Origin: Eledone cirrhosa
Taxonomy: Eukaryota
NCBI GenBank assembly: GCA_964016885.1
Contig: OZ024745.1
Coordinates: 101,432,001 to 101,496,000, forward strand
DNA: 64,000 nt
Reading direction: 5' to 3'
Part shown: positions 13,860-26,679 of the stretch, piece after piece
Layout of the letters: every line of letters starts with the position of its first letter
How positions within the stretch are numbered: position 1 is the first letter of the stretch
Program-made: the position numbers and the translations under genes
Notes under the pieces: model-generated
What the model was told of the DNA's origin: nothing
The model's input: only the letters and a program-made list of their open reading frames with translations
Database searches by the model: none

Positions 13860-14241
13860 TTAACTCTTTAACATTTAAACAGACCACAACCGGGCAGAAC
13901 TCTCTGCCCACTTTCTGTTCAAACCGGTCATAACCGGTCACACCGGTGGATTGGCAGTATCGGTAGAGGGTCGGATGCCATGCTTTGACGCATAGAGTTA
14001 CGGCCCTTGCCATTCTGAGTTCAAATCCTGCCGAGGTTAACTCTGCCTTTCATCCTTACGGTGTCGATAAAATAAAGTACCAGTAATACACTGGGTAATT
14101 GCTGGCCTTGTGCCTAACGTAGAAACAATTATTCTAAAAAAATAATATCGAAATCTCATAGATTCGGTATCATCTGAGATAAAGCCTTTTCTGTGAAAAT
14201 ACAATAGACAATATAGAGTAATGTGAATGTTAAAAGGTTAA
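13860..14241 (+). mobile_element. piggyBac-like MITE interrupted by SINE B
   Basis: ttaactctttaacattta...aatgttaaaaggttaa; the internal sequence matches other MITE copies. Confidence 0.7.
13944..14133 (+). mobile_element. SINE family B
   Basis: Consensus match. Confidence 0.88.
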
Positions 14242-14582
14242 TTCATTTCCTACCATGTTAGAACACATTGGATAATGTGGTCCTGCATGTATTCTATCTG
14301 AAGGAAATACAGGATCTTAACTGGAATGCCATTGATCAGAAATTTGTACAATCAGGACTGACACAAGACTAAACAGTAAAATCAATTTGGGAACAAAGGA
14401 AAGAGCCTCAAAGTGGTTCCTTGACCTGCTAGAGATAACACCCCACTCGTCAAGTCAAACAAAGTAATTTTAAAAAAGGGAAACACTGAATAAAGTAGTC
14501 CTAGATACACTATGTCAGAAACAATTAAAAGAAATGACTATAGACCTGTGTGTAAAGAGCATCAGCAATTTGAGAATAGGAG

Positions 14583-14778
14583 TCATCATCATCATCATCC
14601 CCGTTTTACGTCCGTTCTTCCACGCTAGCATGGGTTAGACGGGTTGTCCTGTTGTGGGCAGTGTCTGGTCGGCTGACCATGCCTTGCTCATACAGGAACT
14701 GATTTGGCTTGATTTCTACAGCTGGATGCCCTTCCTAATGCAAACCACATTTACAGTGAGTGCCGGGTGCTTTTTCGT
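14583..14778 (-). mobile_element. RTE/SINE A 3' tail fragment
   Basis: Reverse complement of the LINE 3' end with (CAT)n. Confidence 0.8.
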
Positions 14779-14951
14779 GAAAGAAACTGTATGTGGTTAT
14801 TGAAACTATTAAAAACAGGCAGCCATATCACACAACACACATACTCTGGATAATGTAATCTTAAATACAGATAAAAATGTGATTGTCACAGCTGGAATGT
14901 CTTGGAAATAGGTTTAATGAATCAGACTTAAACCGTGGTTAAATACAACAG

Positions 14952-15137
14952 CAATGGTTTCTGATTTAGGTACAAGGCCAGCAATTTTGGGAGAGGGGAA
15001 AGTTGATTAAATCGATCCCAGTGCATTACTGGCACTTTATTTTATCGACCCCGTAAGGATGAAAGGCAAAGCTAACCTCAGCGGGATTTGAACTTTATGC
15101 CGCAAAGCATAGTGTCCGACGCTCTACTGATACTGTC
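14952..15137 (-). mobile_element. SINE family B (internal deletion)
   Basis: Consensus match. Confidence 0.82.
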
Positions 15138-15175
15138 AAAATATAGTATATGAGAAGTAAATATGTGATACTCAC

Positions 15176-15280
15176 CTGCAAACACACACTCTAAAGTATG
15201 GAAGGCCAGGGTCAGTCTTTTTGAATTGAGAATTTGGTTGGTATACATCAAAAATGAAGTTCCAGTCTCCAGATGCAGTT
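15176..15280 (-). CDS. TSEN54: Internal coding exon (105 bp) of tRNA-splicing endonuclease subunit Sen54
   Basis: The minus strand has a polypyrimidine...tgtcag acceptor and a gtgag donor. The exon reads TASGDWNFIFDVYQPNSQFKKTDPGLPYFRVCVC, which resembles the C-terminal FDVYQ...F(R/K)K..PG.P..R.C motif of TSEN54 (recalled, not searched). Confidence 0.8.
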
Positions 15281-15774
15281 CTGACAAAAGAAAAAAAAGA
15301 ACTAGCCCTATATTATCAACATTATCATCATTTTTATGTCAACATTTCGAAACTGGTGTGGACTGGATGGAACTTAATCCTATTAGTTACTTCAAACTGG
15401 ATACACACAGTTAATATATATATAAAGCTTAGCTTTGTTTACAAACAGTGGAGAATTTGAAAGTCAGATAGTGAAATAGTGCTTCCGCCGTCATTTTGAC
15501 TAAGTAAATTAGCCTAATAGTTGGAGTTACAAAACCCCAAGATGGAAAAAGGATGAGCATTGATGTACATGGGACACAAACCCACATCTTAGGTCATCAT
15601 GACTGTGCTAACCATTACATCATATATTTACACACATGCAATCATCACCATCATTTCACACTCACTTTTTTCATATTTGCATCGACTGGCATAGACATGT
15701 GTGTGTGCGCGCACATGCAAACATTCATATACATATAAGCCTAGAGTTTCTGTCTACGCCTTTATTTATTTATA

Positions 15775-16085
15775 TCATCGTTTTACGTCCGTTTTTTCCC
15801 TGCTTGCAAGGGTGGGATGGGTCCTCTTCAGCACAGCATCTCTCCATTCGTCACGGTCCTTTGTCATCTCCTCTGTGAACTTCAGCAATCGGAGGTCAGT
15901 TCTCACCACCTCGACCCATGTTTTTCATGATCTTCCTCTACTGCATCTCCTTTCCATTGGGATTTCTTGGCATTTCTTCACCCAGCGGTCATCTTCCATG
16001 TGCATCTCATGGCCATACCAATGCAGTCTTCTCTCCTGCACACTACAGTTTATTCCTCAGTTTCACTCTCAACTTATCCATTGCA
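15775..16085 (-). mobile_element. Degenerate RTE LINE 3' fragment
   Basis: The reverse complement encodes RRLHWYGHEMHMEDDRWVKKC...KTWVEVVRTDL, followed by the short tail shared with SINE A. Confidence 0.75.
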
Positions 16086-16106
16086 TATCCTTCAGAGTAT
16101 GCTTGC

Positions 16107-16159
<53 letters not shown>

Positions 16160-17198
16160 GGATGTTATGTAATATAATAAATTGAAGTTTAAAATGTAAA
16201 ACCATTCCTTTGTTTTAAATGAAGTAACTATAATCTGTTAGATACATGGGCACACAAAAGGTGGAGTGCTCAAGTCTGATTGCATCATAATTAATTGATT
16301 ATGAAGACCAACTAATATGTATTGTCGAGTGCTTTGAGCTGTAACAGCTATAACCAAGATGGAGACATTCAATATCTCTAAATCACTAAAGGACACACCA
16401 TTACCTGGCAAGTGAGAGTACACCAAGTGTGCATAGCACTTTCACAAAAATACACTAAGGAACCTGGAATCTAAATTGAGATCTAGAAAAATACCCCAAT
16501 ACAATAAGGATGTTGAAGTGTGTGAGAACGAAATGATTAACATCATGCAGAGTCTGAAATTGTCCTGAAAGTAACCTCCACAGGTGATGTGAACACTTAA
16601 CTAAATTAAAGGATAAAACTAACTAAAGAAAATGAACACAATTTTAGTACATGTGGATAAGACTAATAACCTATATGAAATAGAGAGAAAAACTTATGAC
16701 TTAATATACAGGGAACTAAGGGAAAATTATAAAAATACAATGCAAGCACACTTAGGCTTAATAAACAGTAAAGCTAATAAAATAGCCCCCTGACGTAACA
16801 TAGAAAATAGAACGGAACCATAAACACAAGGGCACCCAGAATAATATTTAAGGCCCATAAGCCTAACTGTGAATCTGATCCACCTATCAGGCACATTATA
16901 CCATCAAAATCGGACATCGGAATTATAAGCAAACATATTCTTCCTATGATAATACTAACATTAAGGAATAGGACACAACTACAACTATGGAATGGACCCA
17001 AGGAAGTCATCGAATGGTTTAAGGAATTACAAAACAAAGAACATTTCCAAGAAGAGATCAGCATTATAAAAGCAACTAGGAGACGTATTACCAATTCTAA
17101 ATGGGACCTACGGATCTGGAAGAACAGACCCAATGATTTTGACATCAATATGGGTTCTACAAACTCAGTTCAGGTAACATTATATATTCTCCAATTTA

Positions 17199-17387
17199 GG
17201 GCGGTGAATTGGCAGTATCGGTAGAGGGTTGGACGCCATGCTTTCTAGCATAGTTACGTCCCTTTACAGTCTGAGTTCAAATCCCGCCGAGGTTAACTTT
17301 GCCTTTCATCCTTACGGGGTCGATAAAATAAAGTACCAGTAATGTACTGGGTAATTGCTGGCCTTGTGCCTAAAGTAGAAACAATTA
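17199..17387 (+). mobile_element. SINE family B with TSD
   Basis: Full length; flanking direct repeat attatatattctccaat. Confidence 0.9.
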
Positions 17388-17564
17388 TATATTCTCCAAT
17401 ATCTTAAGTGAAGGATCTATGAAATGGGCTGAGAGTTGTATCATGATGATGCAGTTTTTACCCTAAGTAACCATGATAATTGTAGGCTAGAAAAGAAAAA
17501 GAAAATACTAATAGACTTCTTTAAAAACATAGGTCTCAAAATAAAAATAGATAAAAATAGTAAA

Positions 17565-17758
17565 AATAATTGTTTCTACTTTTGGCACAAGGCCAGCAAA
17601 TCCCCCAGTAGATTACTGGTACTTTATTTTATCGACCCCGTAAGGATGAAAGGCAAAGTTAACCTCGGCGGGATTTGAACTCAGAATAGCAAGGGCCGTA
17701 ACTCTATGCGTCAAAGCATGGCGTCCGGCCCTCTACCGATACTGCCAATTCACCGCCC
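17565..17758 (-). mobile_element. SINE family B
   Basis: Full length; imperfect TSD aaaatag(t)aaaaataat. Confidence 0.88.
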
Positions 17759-18161
17759 TCAAAATAGAAAAATAATGAACTTCCTTGATATCTACCTTGA
17801 ACGTGAAATCTGGTCTTTTTTACCCATACCAAAAACTAAACAAGAATCTGAATTATGTAAGCTATAACTCTAATCCACCTAGGGCAGTAACAAAAGCAAT
17901 TGTTGGCAGTGTCTTTAATAGAATTTCTATACTATTAGCAAACCAGGAGACTTTCAATGGCAAAGCTGATTATTATAACACACTAGCTAGAGCAGGATAT
18001 AAGGAGTAAATAACTTGCACAACAACATATTGAAAACCTGTAAGAAATTATAAACTAGCTGGGTAAGCATAGGAGCTTTATAAATAAAAACAATTCTTCT
18101 ATACTAAATAAACCCCATGCACACAGACCACTCATTTATAGGGGGAATAGAAATATCACAA

Positions 18162-18309
18162 ATAATAATGATTTTTACTATAGGCACAAGGCCAGCAATT
18201 TGGGGGAGGGGGGAAAGGCGATTAAATCGACCCTAGTGCATTATGAAGTTTTATTTTATCGACCCGTAAGGATGAAAAGTAAAGCTAACCTCGGTGGGAT
18301 TTGAACTCA
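18162..18309 (-). mobile_element. SINE family B, 5' truncated
   Basis: Meta domain and tail are present. Confidence 0.8.
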
Positions 18310-21130
18310 AATGATAATGACACTTGTACAAACAATCCATGCCGAGCAAATATAGAACCTACAAACAGGCAGGGGATGAAGGACACAGAATATGAGGCTG
18401 GTAACTGTAACTGGTGCACTAACAATAGGGAGAGTAACAACTGTAATAGAAGCAGTTAGAACACAGTAACACAATAGAAAATACACCCACAATAATATAG
18501 TATCTACTTGACTATCTTAACAGCATCACCACTACCATCACCACACCTCAAATTACACCTAGCCATCTTAAAAAAAAGTACATTGAGATGGCCATGGCTG
18601 GAATACTTTTGATAAGTCTGCTCAATGAGGACTAATTTGATGTTGACAAAAATAACATACATTTCTGTAATGTAAAGCTAGCTACATATTGTATCACAAC
18701 ATTGTGTACTAACAAGCCATATAACTTTTTGATAGTTATTAAGTTCTTTATAGAATAATTTTAATAGGAAATTTAACCAAATGTCTATAAACAGTAACAT
18801 TTAACTGATTTTTCATGAAATGATTTGATTTTATCAATTTTCCTGATTTCTTAGGAGAAAATAACTAAATGAATAAATAAAAAACACTGTGATACAATCC
18901 ACTTCTCTAGTATTCCTGGCATTTTGGTGATGGCTACTTTATCGGAATATTCTTTTATATTATTTAACCAATTTTCTTAATAAATTCACATCCTCTTCAG
19001 CTAGCTCTCAGAGAGTATTCAAAATACCTGCTATGCAATTTTATTTTTTTTAATTAACAGAATGTCTGCAACACATGGCTGCATTAACTTGACATCCATA
19101 CTGAATTTACAAGCCAATCAGAGTTTTCTTTTTACTATGAACAACCATTCTTAGCTGGATACTAAACTTAGGTCAGCAAAATGGTAAGAGGATGCATCTG
19201 CTATGAGGAAGAGCAAACATCATCATACTACTACTACGACTACTACTACTACTACTGATAATAATAACAATAATAATAATAATACAGAAGAAAAAAAGAT
19301 TTGCTTGCATACTTATTAACATTATAGAGTAATGATGTGCCTTGACCTAAACACTGGGAGGATATGACAACCACACTTCAACTGTCATTCACAGAGAAAG
19401 CAACTCTCTCTTCTTCTAACCAACTAAAATATAGGTAGGTGGTAGGAGGTTTGCTTAAACACTTCTGAATAATTAATATTCAATCAATTGAGTCATAGAT
19501 ATTTCAGTTATTTTATAGTTTGTTTATTTATTTATTCATTTTTTTTTTTTTGCCACCATAAAATGTTCCCTAACTGATAATACTGGTGGTCCATTTTAAA
19601 TGTATCTGTATATTTTTACAAGGGTGCAGAAATATTTGAACATATACATATAAAAAATGTACAGAAAATAGATTGTAATAGATGGAGCAAACAACAGCAG
19701 TAGCATTAACAATATACTACCATGACCCCTTTACCATCCAAACCTTATATCCATAAAAAAAAAAAAACTGTTAATACATACAATAAAAGTAAAACAAATA
19801 CTATGTAAATTAAAACACACTAAAGTTAAATATTTGTCTAGTAGTTTGTTGATTCCTTTATCTTACCAGCCTCTCTTACATTTTCCTAGATACCATCTAT
19901 ATCAAACATTTTCTAAATTCATTTTTGATAATAAAAATAATAATAATAACAATAACACATAACACACACACATATATATATATGTATGTGTTTGTGTGTG
20001 TATATATATATATGTATATATATATATAAAAATGTGTGTTGTGTATATATATATATGTTGTTTTGTGTTTATTAAGCATTATGAAACCACACTAGATAAA
20101 CAAAAATACAACATGCTTCAAAATCAAAGACAAAGGTTAGCAGTTGGATCTAAAAAAGAACTAATTTATTTTCACTGATGATGAGATGATGAGATGATGG
20201 TTATCTTAGGGAGTCAGTCGTTTGTGGTAAAGTAATATACTGCAAGTTATTTCCATGTAAGAGGTCAGATCTAATAGACAAAATGCATAAAAAAAATAAA
20301 AAATTCTATAATTTCTTTTTATGCTCCAAAACTAAGTCCCTTTCATGCAGCATTTTTTTTTCAGCTGGATTTATTTTTCTGACGCCAATTCTTGTTTTAT
20401 AGACTGTTTATGAGTCATTTTATTTGCAATACAATGGTTTAAATATGAATTAGATAGATGGCTAGAACACTAGGGTTAATACAGCAGAAATAGGTTTCTT
20501 TATAAGACAGCAAAATAAATAATGAGATAAATAAATTTCACAATATTGCTAAAGATAAAATTTACATGAAACATCTCATAAGCTACATACATAAACAGAC
20601 AGACAAACTTTTTAGAAAGTGCAAATTGATAATTTAGACCAATAATGCAACAATGAAGAATAAATGATTTATGTTATTTACACTTTTGGCATTTAAAACA
20701 CAAGTTCATAGTATGTGTATGTACAGACAAACATGCTTGTATGTATAAACTGAAGCAAGAGTACTCAATGCAGTAGAGTTTATTTAGCTGTTTAGAGCTG
20801 ATGATTCGGAGTGAATCACCAGCTTCGAATATACAAACATATATACATAGATTTATTTTTCCTCAAGATGGTATGGTTGATCTTCTGACTAAGGACTAAC
20901 TTCTGAAACATTACGACTTGCTTCCTACTATATCAAGCATTAAACTAATATATATCTTCATTGTACTGTATCATTCTCCTGATTTTTTCCTCGTTGACTT
21001 TTCGCATACACATACATCATCATCGTTGTTCAACGTTCATTTTCCATGCTAATATGGATTGGATGGGTTGTCCCATTAGAGGCAAGTCGGGTCAAATGAC
21101 TCTCTTGCTCATATATATATATATATATAT

Positions 21131-21381
21131 AACAAAGAGTGGACCATACGCACCAGAGTACTCAATACTTAGGGTAGTAGAGTGGGTAATAGGAAAAGAG
21201 TCAGGACCCCGACAGCTGGGCTCCAGCTGTTTCGACAGCTAGATCTAGATCTAGCTGTCGAAATGGCCATAGCAAGAAGTGGACCATTGATGACTAACAG
21301 AGCTGCTAGAAGAAGCAATCTATTTCAGCCAAATTTTTTACTCAACCGTGAAGGAGTATAGAACAAAATTATAGAAGATAC
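21131..21381 (-). mobile_element. (TA)n-flanked element related to the 49872-51460 hammerhead element; keeps the 3' half of a hammerhead
   Basis: The reverse complement shares tatactcc...ggttgagtaaaa...tgc...ttctagca with 50240-50297. It contains stem II-GAAAC-AGCTGG agc CCAGCT-GTC. Confidence 0.6.
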
Positions 21382-22372
21382 TTATATATATATATATATA
21401 GATATATATACATAAGCACAAACCTGAAAACCACATAGCAAAACTGCAGTTGGAACATTGAAGTAAAATTGGGTAACTTTTTCAATATGGTGCCCCTACA
21501 ACTCCATCAGGAGTTAGGAATCCAAAGAAAAGAAGAGAAGTGTATGTAGAATTTGTAGAAATAAATAATTTTGTGTGTTCTGGAAAGAGGAGAGTCAGAC
21601 ATTTCAGACAAAGCTCTTCTCAATTTTATTTAATTCTTTATCATTGCCAATACTTTAATACTAATGTTTTATCTTGGATGGCTAATCCATCTGTCTGCTC
21701 TGGAGGAGAAATTCCACAATGGGCATGCCTTCTTTGATAGTAACTATAAAAAGAAGGTTGACAATGAGGACTCTTGGATCCAGCTGTGTTCTAGTTTACA
21801 AGAACTCATCATTGTTCTATCAGGATATAAATCTTAGAACACAGAAGGTAAATTTAATGTAATCAAATTCTCAGCACCAACAGATATCCACGATGATGAT
21901 GGTGATGACTGCTGACACAGATCATTATTAGTTTCCATGGAATCTATTTTGTGTGTGGGGGGGGGGGAGTCATGGCTTGTAGGGTTACAATATCTAATGT
22001 GGTAAATTTGTTTTTGGTGGGAAATGTTTATAACTTATAGACTTTGTTTTGAAGATTGTAGCAGTAAGATAGATCGAAAAACAACAACAACATCAAAAAC
22101 AAAAAAATGTCAGAGAGTAACAATATTGGAAGGACATTATTAAAGTGCTTTGTTTTCTTTATTGAAATCCCAAAGAAAGTGTGATATCTAAAAGGTATCA
22201 GAAACTATTACCATGAACATATCTATCATCTCTTATGTTAAGAATTTAATATGAAAATGAAGACCAATTCCAAACAACATTCTCAGGTTACGACAGCATT
22301 TCTGTTCTACATTTCAAGATTTCAAGGTTTATTTACCTTTGCTCATGGCTACAAGTAAACAATCCGTGATGT

Positions 22373-22602
22373 TTAACCCTTTAGTATTTACATTACTCTA
22401 TATATACTATTGTATTTTCATGGTAAAGGCTTTTGTCTCACATAATTATACCACATAATATCGAATCTATAAGATGTTGATATTATTTATTTTGAGAACA
22501 ATACATTAACATCAGTATGAGTGGCCAGTTACAGCTGGTTTGAACAGAAAGAGATGAGAGAATTCTGGCCGGATATGGCCGGTTTAAATACTAAAGGGTT
22601 AA
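22373..22602 (-). mobile_element. piggyBac-like MITE (TTAA TSD, CCCTTTAG TIR)
   Basis: ttaa-ccctttagtattta...taaatactaaaggg-ttaa. Confidence 0.88.
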
Positions 22603-22899
22603 TTACTAGTGTAGGTCCAGTCTTAACTCAACAACAAATTTTTGGAGAGGGTTTAGCCCCAAGAATTAGTATTTTGCTGCAAGGATAAATATGTGCACAG
22701 GATGAAGCAAACATCTAGGACACTAGTATGTACTAAATCTTTTCTCCTTCCTCATCCATGCAACTCCCATGTCTTAAAACTCAACACTTCACAAGCTAAG
22801 TACCTCCAATTTAGACCTACTTCTCCAATCCCTGTCGTGCATACATGCACCACATCCTCTCCCAACCCCCGCCATCTACATCTGACACACCTCACTTGT

Positions 22900-23315
22900 C
22901 CAACTCATGCATACAAGCATGGAAATCTGGACATGCTTTGCCACGATACTGCTGTAATGACTAAAAGCTCTCAGTCCACCCTGTAAGCTGTTCATGCTGG
23001 TGGCACAACAAAAGCCCCTAGTCCGCCATGTAAGGTGCTCATGGTAGTGACATGACAAAAGAACAACAAATCCACCCTGCAAGGTGATCAAATTGATGAC
23101 ATGATAAAACGTTCCCAGCCCACCCTAAAAGGTAGTCATGCTGGTGACACAATGAAAAAGTACCCAGTCCACACTGTAAATGTGGTTGGCATTAGGAAGG
23201 GCATCCAGCTATAGAAATGTATGAGAAACATATGGTCACCTGATCTGACTTGTCTCACAACCAGACAACTCGTCTAACCTATGCTAATGTGGAAAATAGA
23301 CATTAAATGATGACG
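22900..23315 (+). mobile_element. RTE 3' UTR fragment with degenerate ~48-bp subrepeats
   Basis: Repeated cccagtccaccctgtaa... units followed by the ggttggcattaggaagggcatccagc tail. Confidence 0.7.
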
Positions 23316-23337
23316 ATATAATATATATTTATATATT

Positions 23338-23665
23338 GGAGGCACATGGCTTAGTGGTTAGAGCATTGGCCTTGCAATCGGAAGGTTGTGACTTCAATTC
23401 TCAGACCGGGTGATGTGTTGTTTCCTTGAGCAAGACACTTTATTTCACATTGCTCCAGTTTACTCAGCTGTAGAAATGAGATGATAGGGACTGGAGGTCA
23501 CTATCATTCCACTGCAAAGTGGTTGTGGAGGTGCCACGGCAAAAAAGCACCCAGCACTCACTGTAAATGAGGTTGGTGTTAGGAAGGGCATCCAGCTGTA
23601 GAAATCAAGCCAGAATCAGTTCCCGTCCCACCCTTGCAAGCAGGGAAAAGTGGACGTAAAAATGA
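23338..23665 (+). mobile_element. Full-length tRNA-derived CORE-type SINE (family A) with RTE-derived tail
   Basis: A box tggcttagtgg, B-box-like cttcaattc, CORE-like ccttgagcaagacact...cagtttactcagctgtagaaatg, and a tail shared with the LINE 3' UTR. Confidence 0.9.
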
Positions 23666-24522
23666 AATAAATATTCATTTTATTATTTTATTATCACAGG
23701 GTCATCATTTAATTTGATATTGAGCACTCCTTACTCTCAGCCGCAAACCACATACGGATATATATATATAAATATACACACATATAAACAACCATTAAAT
23801 GATGATGATGATATACTTTTTTTGAGAGAGAGAAAGAAAAAAAAGGGAAACAGATGGAGGAGTAGAAGGGTACTTTTTATTCTTTTACTAGTTTCAATTA
23901 TTGTACTATAATTATACTGGTGTATCACCTCAATTATATAAACTGTACTGCTTGAATGATACTTATTTTGTTGATTTCTGTAGGAAGTCCATTGACCTGG
24001 ACAGGATTTGAACTCAGATCATAAGGGAACATAACCAAATATCACAAGGCATGATGTCTAATGCCCCACTCATTCTGCCATACACCAACATATAGATATA
24101 AGCATTAGCTGAAATATAAATGGTAACTTATAAATATATTCAGAATATCTATATAACTATATATAGCATGCTCTTTGATTTTTATGAAATAATCTGCCAG
24201 AAGAAAGAACATTTTATTAATTTATAAGATGTTAGTATTCCTGGAATAAATTTCAGTTTAAAAAATCAAATATTTTCTTTATTTAGTATTCCCCACTTTC
24301 ATAGAAAATTTCAATATTTTTGATATATTTTAATAAGTTTTCATTCAATTTAGTAATTACTTTTGTGTTGTTGTTGTATGATATTAGGAAGAATATTTAA
24401 AATTCTGTGCAGCACAAAACTTTTATAATTGCTTTTTGATAAAATCATATCTGATATCTTCTTACAGACGAGATAAGGCAGACATCAAACTTATACCAAT
24501 ATAAAAAAAAAAAAATTGTTAA

Positions 24523-24687
24523 AATGATGATGATGAAGATGAGAATGGTGATGATGATGATGACGATGATGACGAGGATAATAAAGATGGCCATGATGAG
24601 GATGAGGATGATGATGATGGTAATCATGACGATGATAATGATGAGGATGATGATGATGGTGAGGAAGAGGAGGAGGACAATGATGAC

Positions 24688-24727
<40 letters not shown>

Positions 24728-24785
24728 GTGAGGAGGTGGAGGAGGAGGAGGACAATGATGGTGATGAGCAGGAGGAAGAGAAGGA
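24523..24785. repeat. (GAT/GAG)n trinucleotide tract
   Basis: Direct inspection. Confidence 0.9.
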
Positions 24786-25509
24786 CAATTAACTTAAAAT
24801 CAAATGAAGCAGTAAACTATTTATAAAATTAACTCCAGATGAGCTCCAATGTCCAAGTGTCAACTTTAGGGGTTGTATGTATTATAAGAGGGGCCTGAAT
24901 GTGTTGGATTGTTTTTGTTGTGATTACAATTAAAACCCAGGTCATCCCTTATTGAGCAGACCTAGGATCAAAGGCATTCTAACTGTGACCATCTTGACTT
25001 TTATTCAGACATATTTGGAATAAAAGTATCCTATATCCCCCCCCTCCCCCACATCTTTTTTTTTTGTCCTAAAATGGTATGGTGAGTGATTTGAGCTCAT
25101 CTGGACTGCTTCCAGCATATTACTGCAGCAATTTTCTCCACATATTTCAAACCTGGTTTACAAGGAAAAGTTTATATGATCATTCAACATAGATACAAAA
25201 AGATGAGATGATCATGGCTGGAATACCTTTGATAATAGATTTGCTTGATTAGAGACATCAATAAGAAATAGAACCAGTTGAAAATGAAATTATAACACCA
25301 GGGACAAGAAAGACATCACTTAATAAATATAGTATTTTTGAAGAACATGAAAAATTCCACAAAGGATTAATAGAAATAACAAGGAATTTATACACTAAAG
25401 CTCCATTATCAAGGAGGAGCTCAAATCTATATATGACTAGTTGTGGAAGGAAAAACAGAATAATGCTGGTTGATTAGCTAACAAAATGAGTGCAATGCTT
25501 TGCTAACTC

Positions 25510-25690
25510 AAATAACTGTTTCTACTTTAGGCACAAGGCCAGCAATTACCCAGTGCATTACTGGTACTTATTTTATCGACCCCGTAAGGATGAAAGGAAA
25601 AGTCAACCTCGGTGGGATTTGAACTCAGATCGTAAAGGGACGTAACTATGCTGGAAAGCATGGTGTCTGACCCTCTACCGATACTGCCAA
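25510..25690 (-). mobile_element. SINE family B
   Basis: Consensus match. Confidence 0.87.
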
Positions 25691-26648
25691 ATAACATGAA
25701 GCAATTTGAGTCAATGAGGAAAGCTTCTATGCAATCGCTTGACATGGTAAAAGTAGCCAAACCCTCTTCAGATCATGCCCTACTGTCGAAGAAGATGCAA
25801 GGACATTTGATAATGTAGTTCTTGTAAGGGATGGTCATGGCTGGAACATCCTTTAGTATAAGACTGCTTAATCAGAACTAAACTACAGCTGAGCCAACAA
25901 GAGAGTAGTGATGACCTATTAGGAATAGCAGTCAAATCTATTTACTGTCTTAAAAATGGAAGGGTATATCAAGATATATCAGATGATGGGATTATGGAAA
26001 CACCCTCTGAAAGAAAACAAAATAGTCATGACTAGAACATTATTGATTATCGGGCTCCACTAGCAAGGTTGCCTTACTTAAACATAGAAGTTCCCACGTC
26101 TTGAGATGCAAAACTCAGCAAAGTCTGGTTCATTAGTCTTATTTGTGTCAGTCTGGAAAGTTGTCCAAGTCAGCTAAGGCACCTTTTGCAGATTTCTGAC
26201 AATACTGGCAGCTGAACAGTTCATTCCCTGATTTCTTTATTTGACATCTAGGATTTTCCTCAGCCAGTTGAATTGAAATCAAAAACACCAAACTTTTCCT
26301 CTTAGCTGCTTTTTACAATTTGAATTTTGGCAAGTTCATGTTTGAGGGGAAAATGTGGACAAGGAGATAACTTCAGAGAAATACAGATTTTGAGATTGAA
26401 TAAATGGAAACTGAGGAAGCTGGATGGACTGTAGCTGTAATTCATAAGTCCAGCCTTGGTAACGATACATGTGTTTGTGGAATACTCATAGTCAAAACTG
26501 AATTTATTAACTAAGTCAAAAGGTTTTGGCTCATCAAAAGTTCAGGACAAACTGTAACTGGATAAATAGCTAACATCTGGATCATGGACCATCACCAAGC
26601 AATTTGCAATAATAGAACAAATTACAAATGTTTCCCAAATGGAATATC

Positions 26649-26679
<31 letters not shown>

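Larger units (their letters stand above)
16160..18490 (+). mobile_element. Degenerate Penelope-like element (Naiad-type RT), interrupted by three SINE B copies
   Basis: VHVDKTNNLYEI, QLWNGPKEVIEWFK, FDINMGS, LYHDDA, FFKNIGLKI, NFLDI, YPYQKLN..LNYVSYNSNPP...RIS...ARAGY. It starts right after a (TA)n tract. Confidence 0.78.

Noticed and set aside
23338-23412. tRNA gene
   Set aside because: It is the tRNA-derived head of a SINE and continues into CORE and LINE-tail sequence in several copies.
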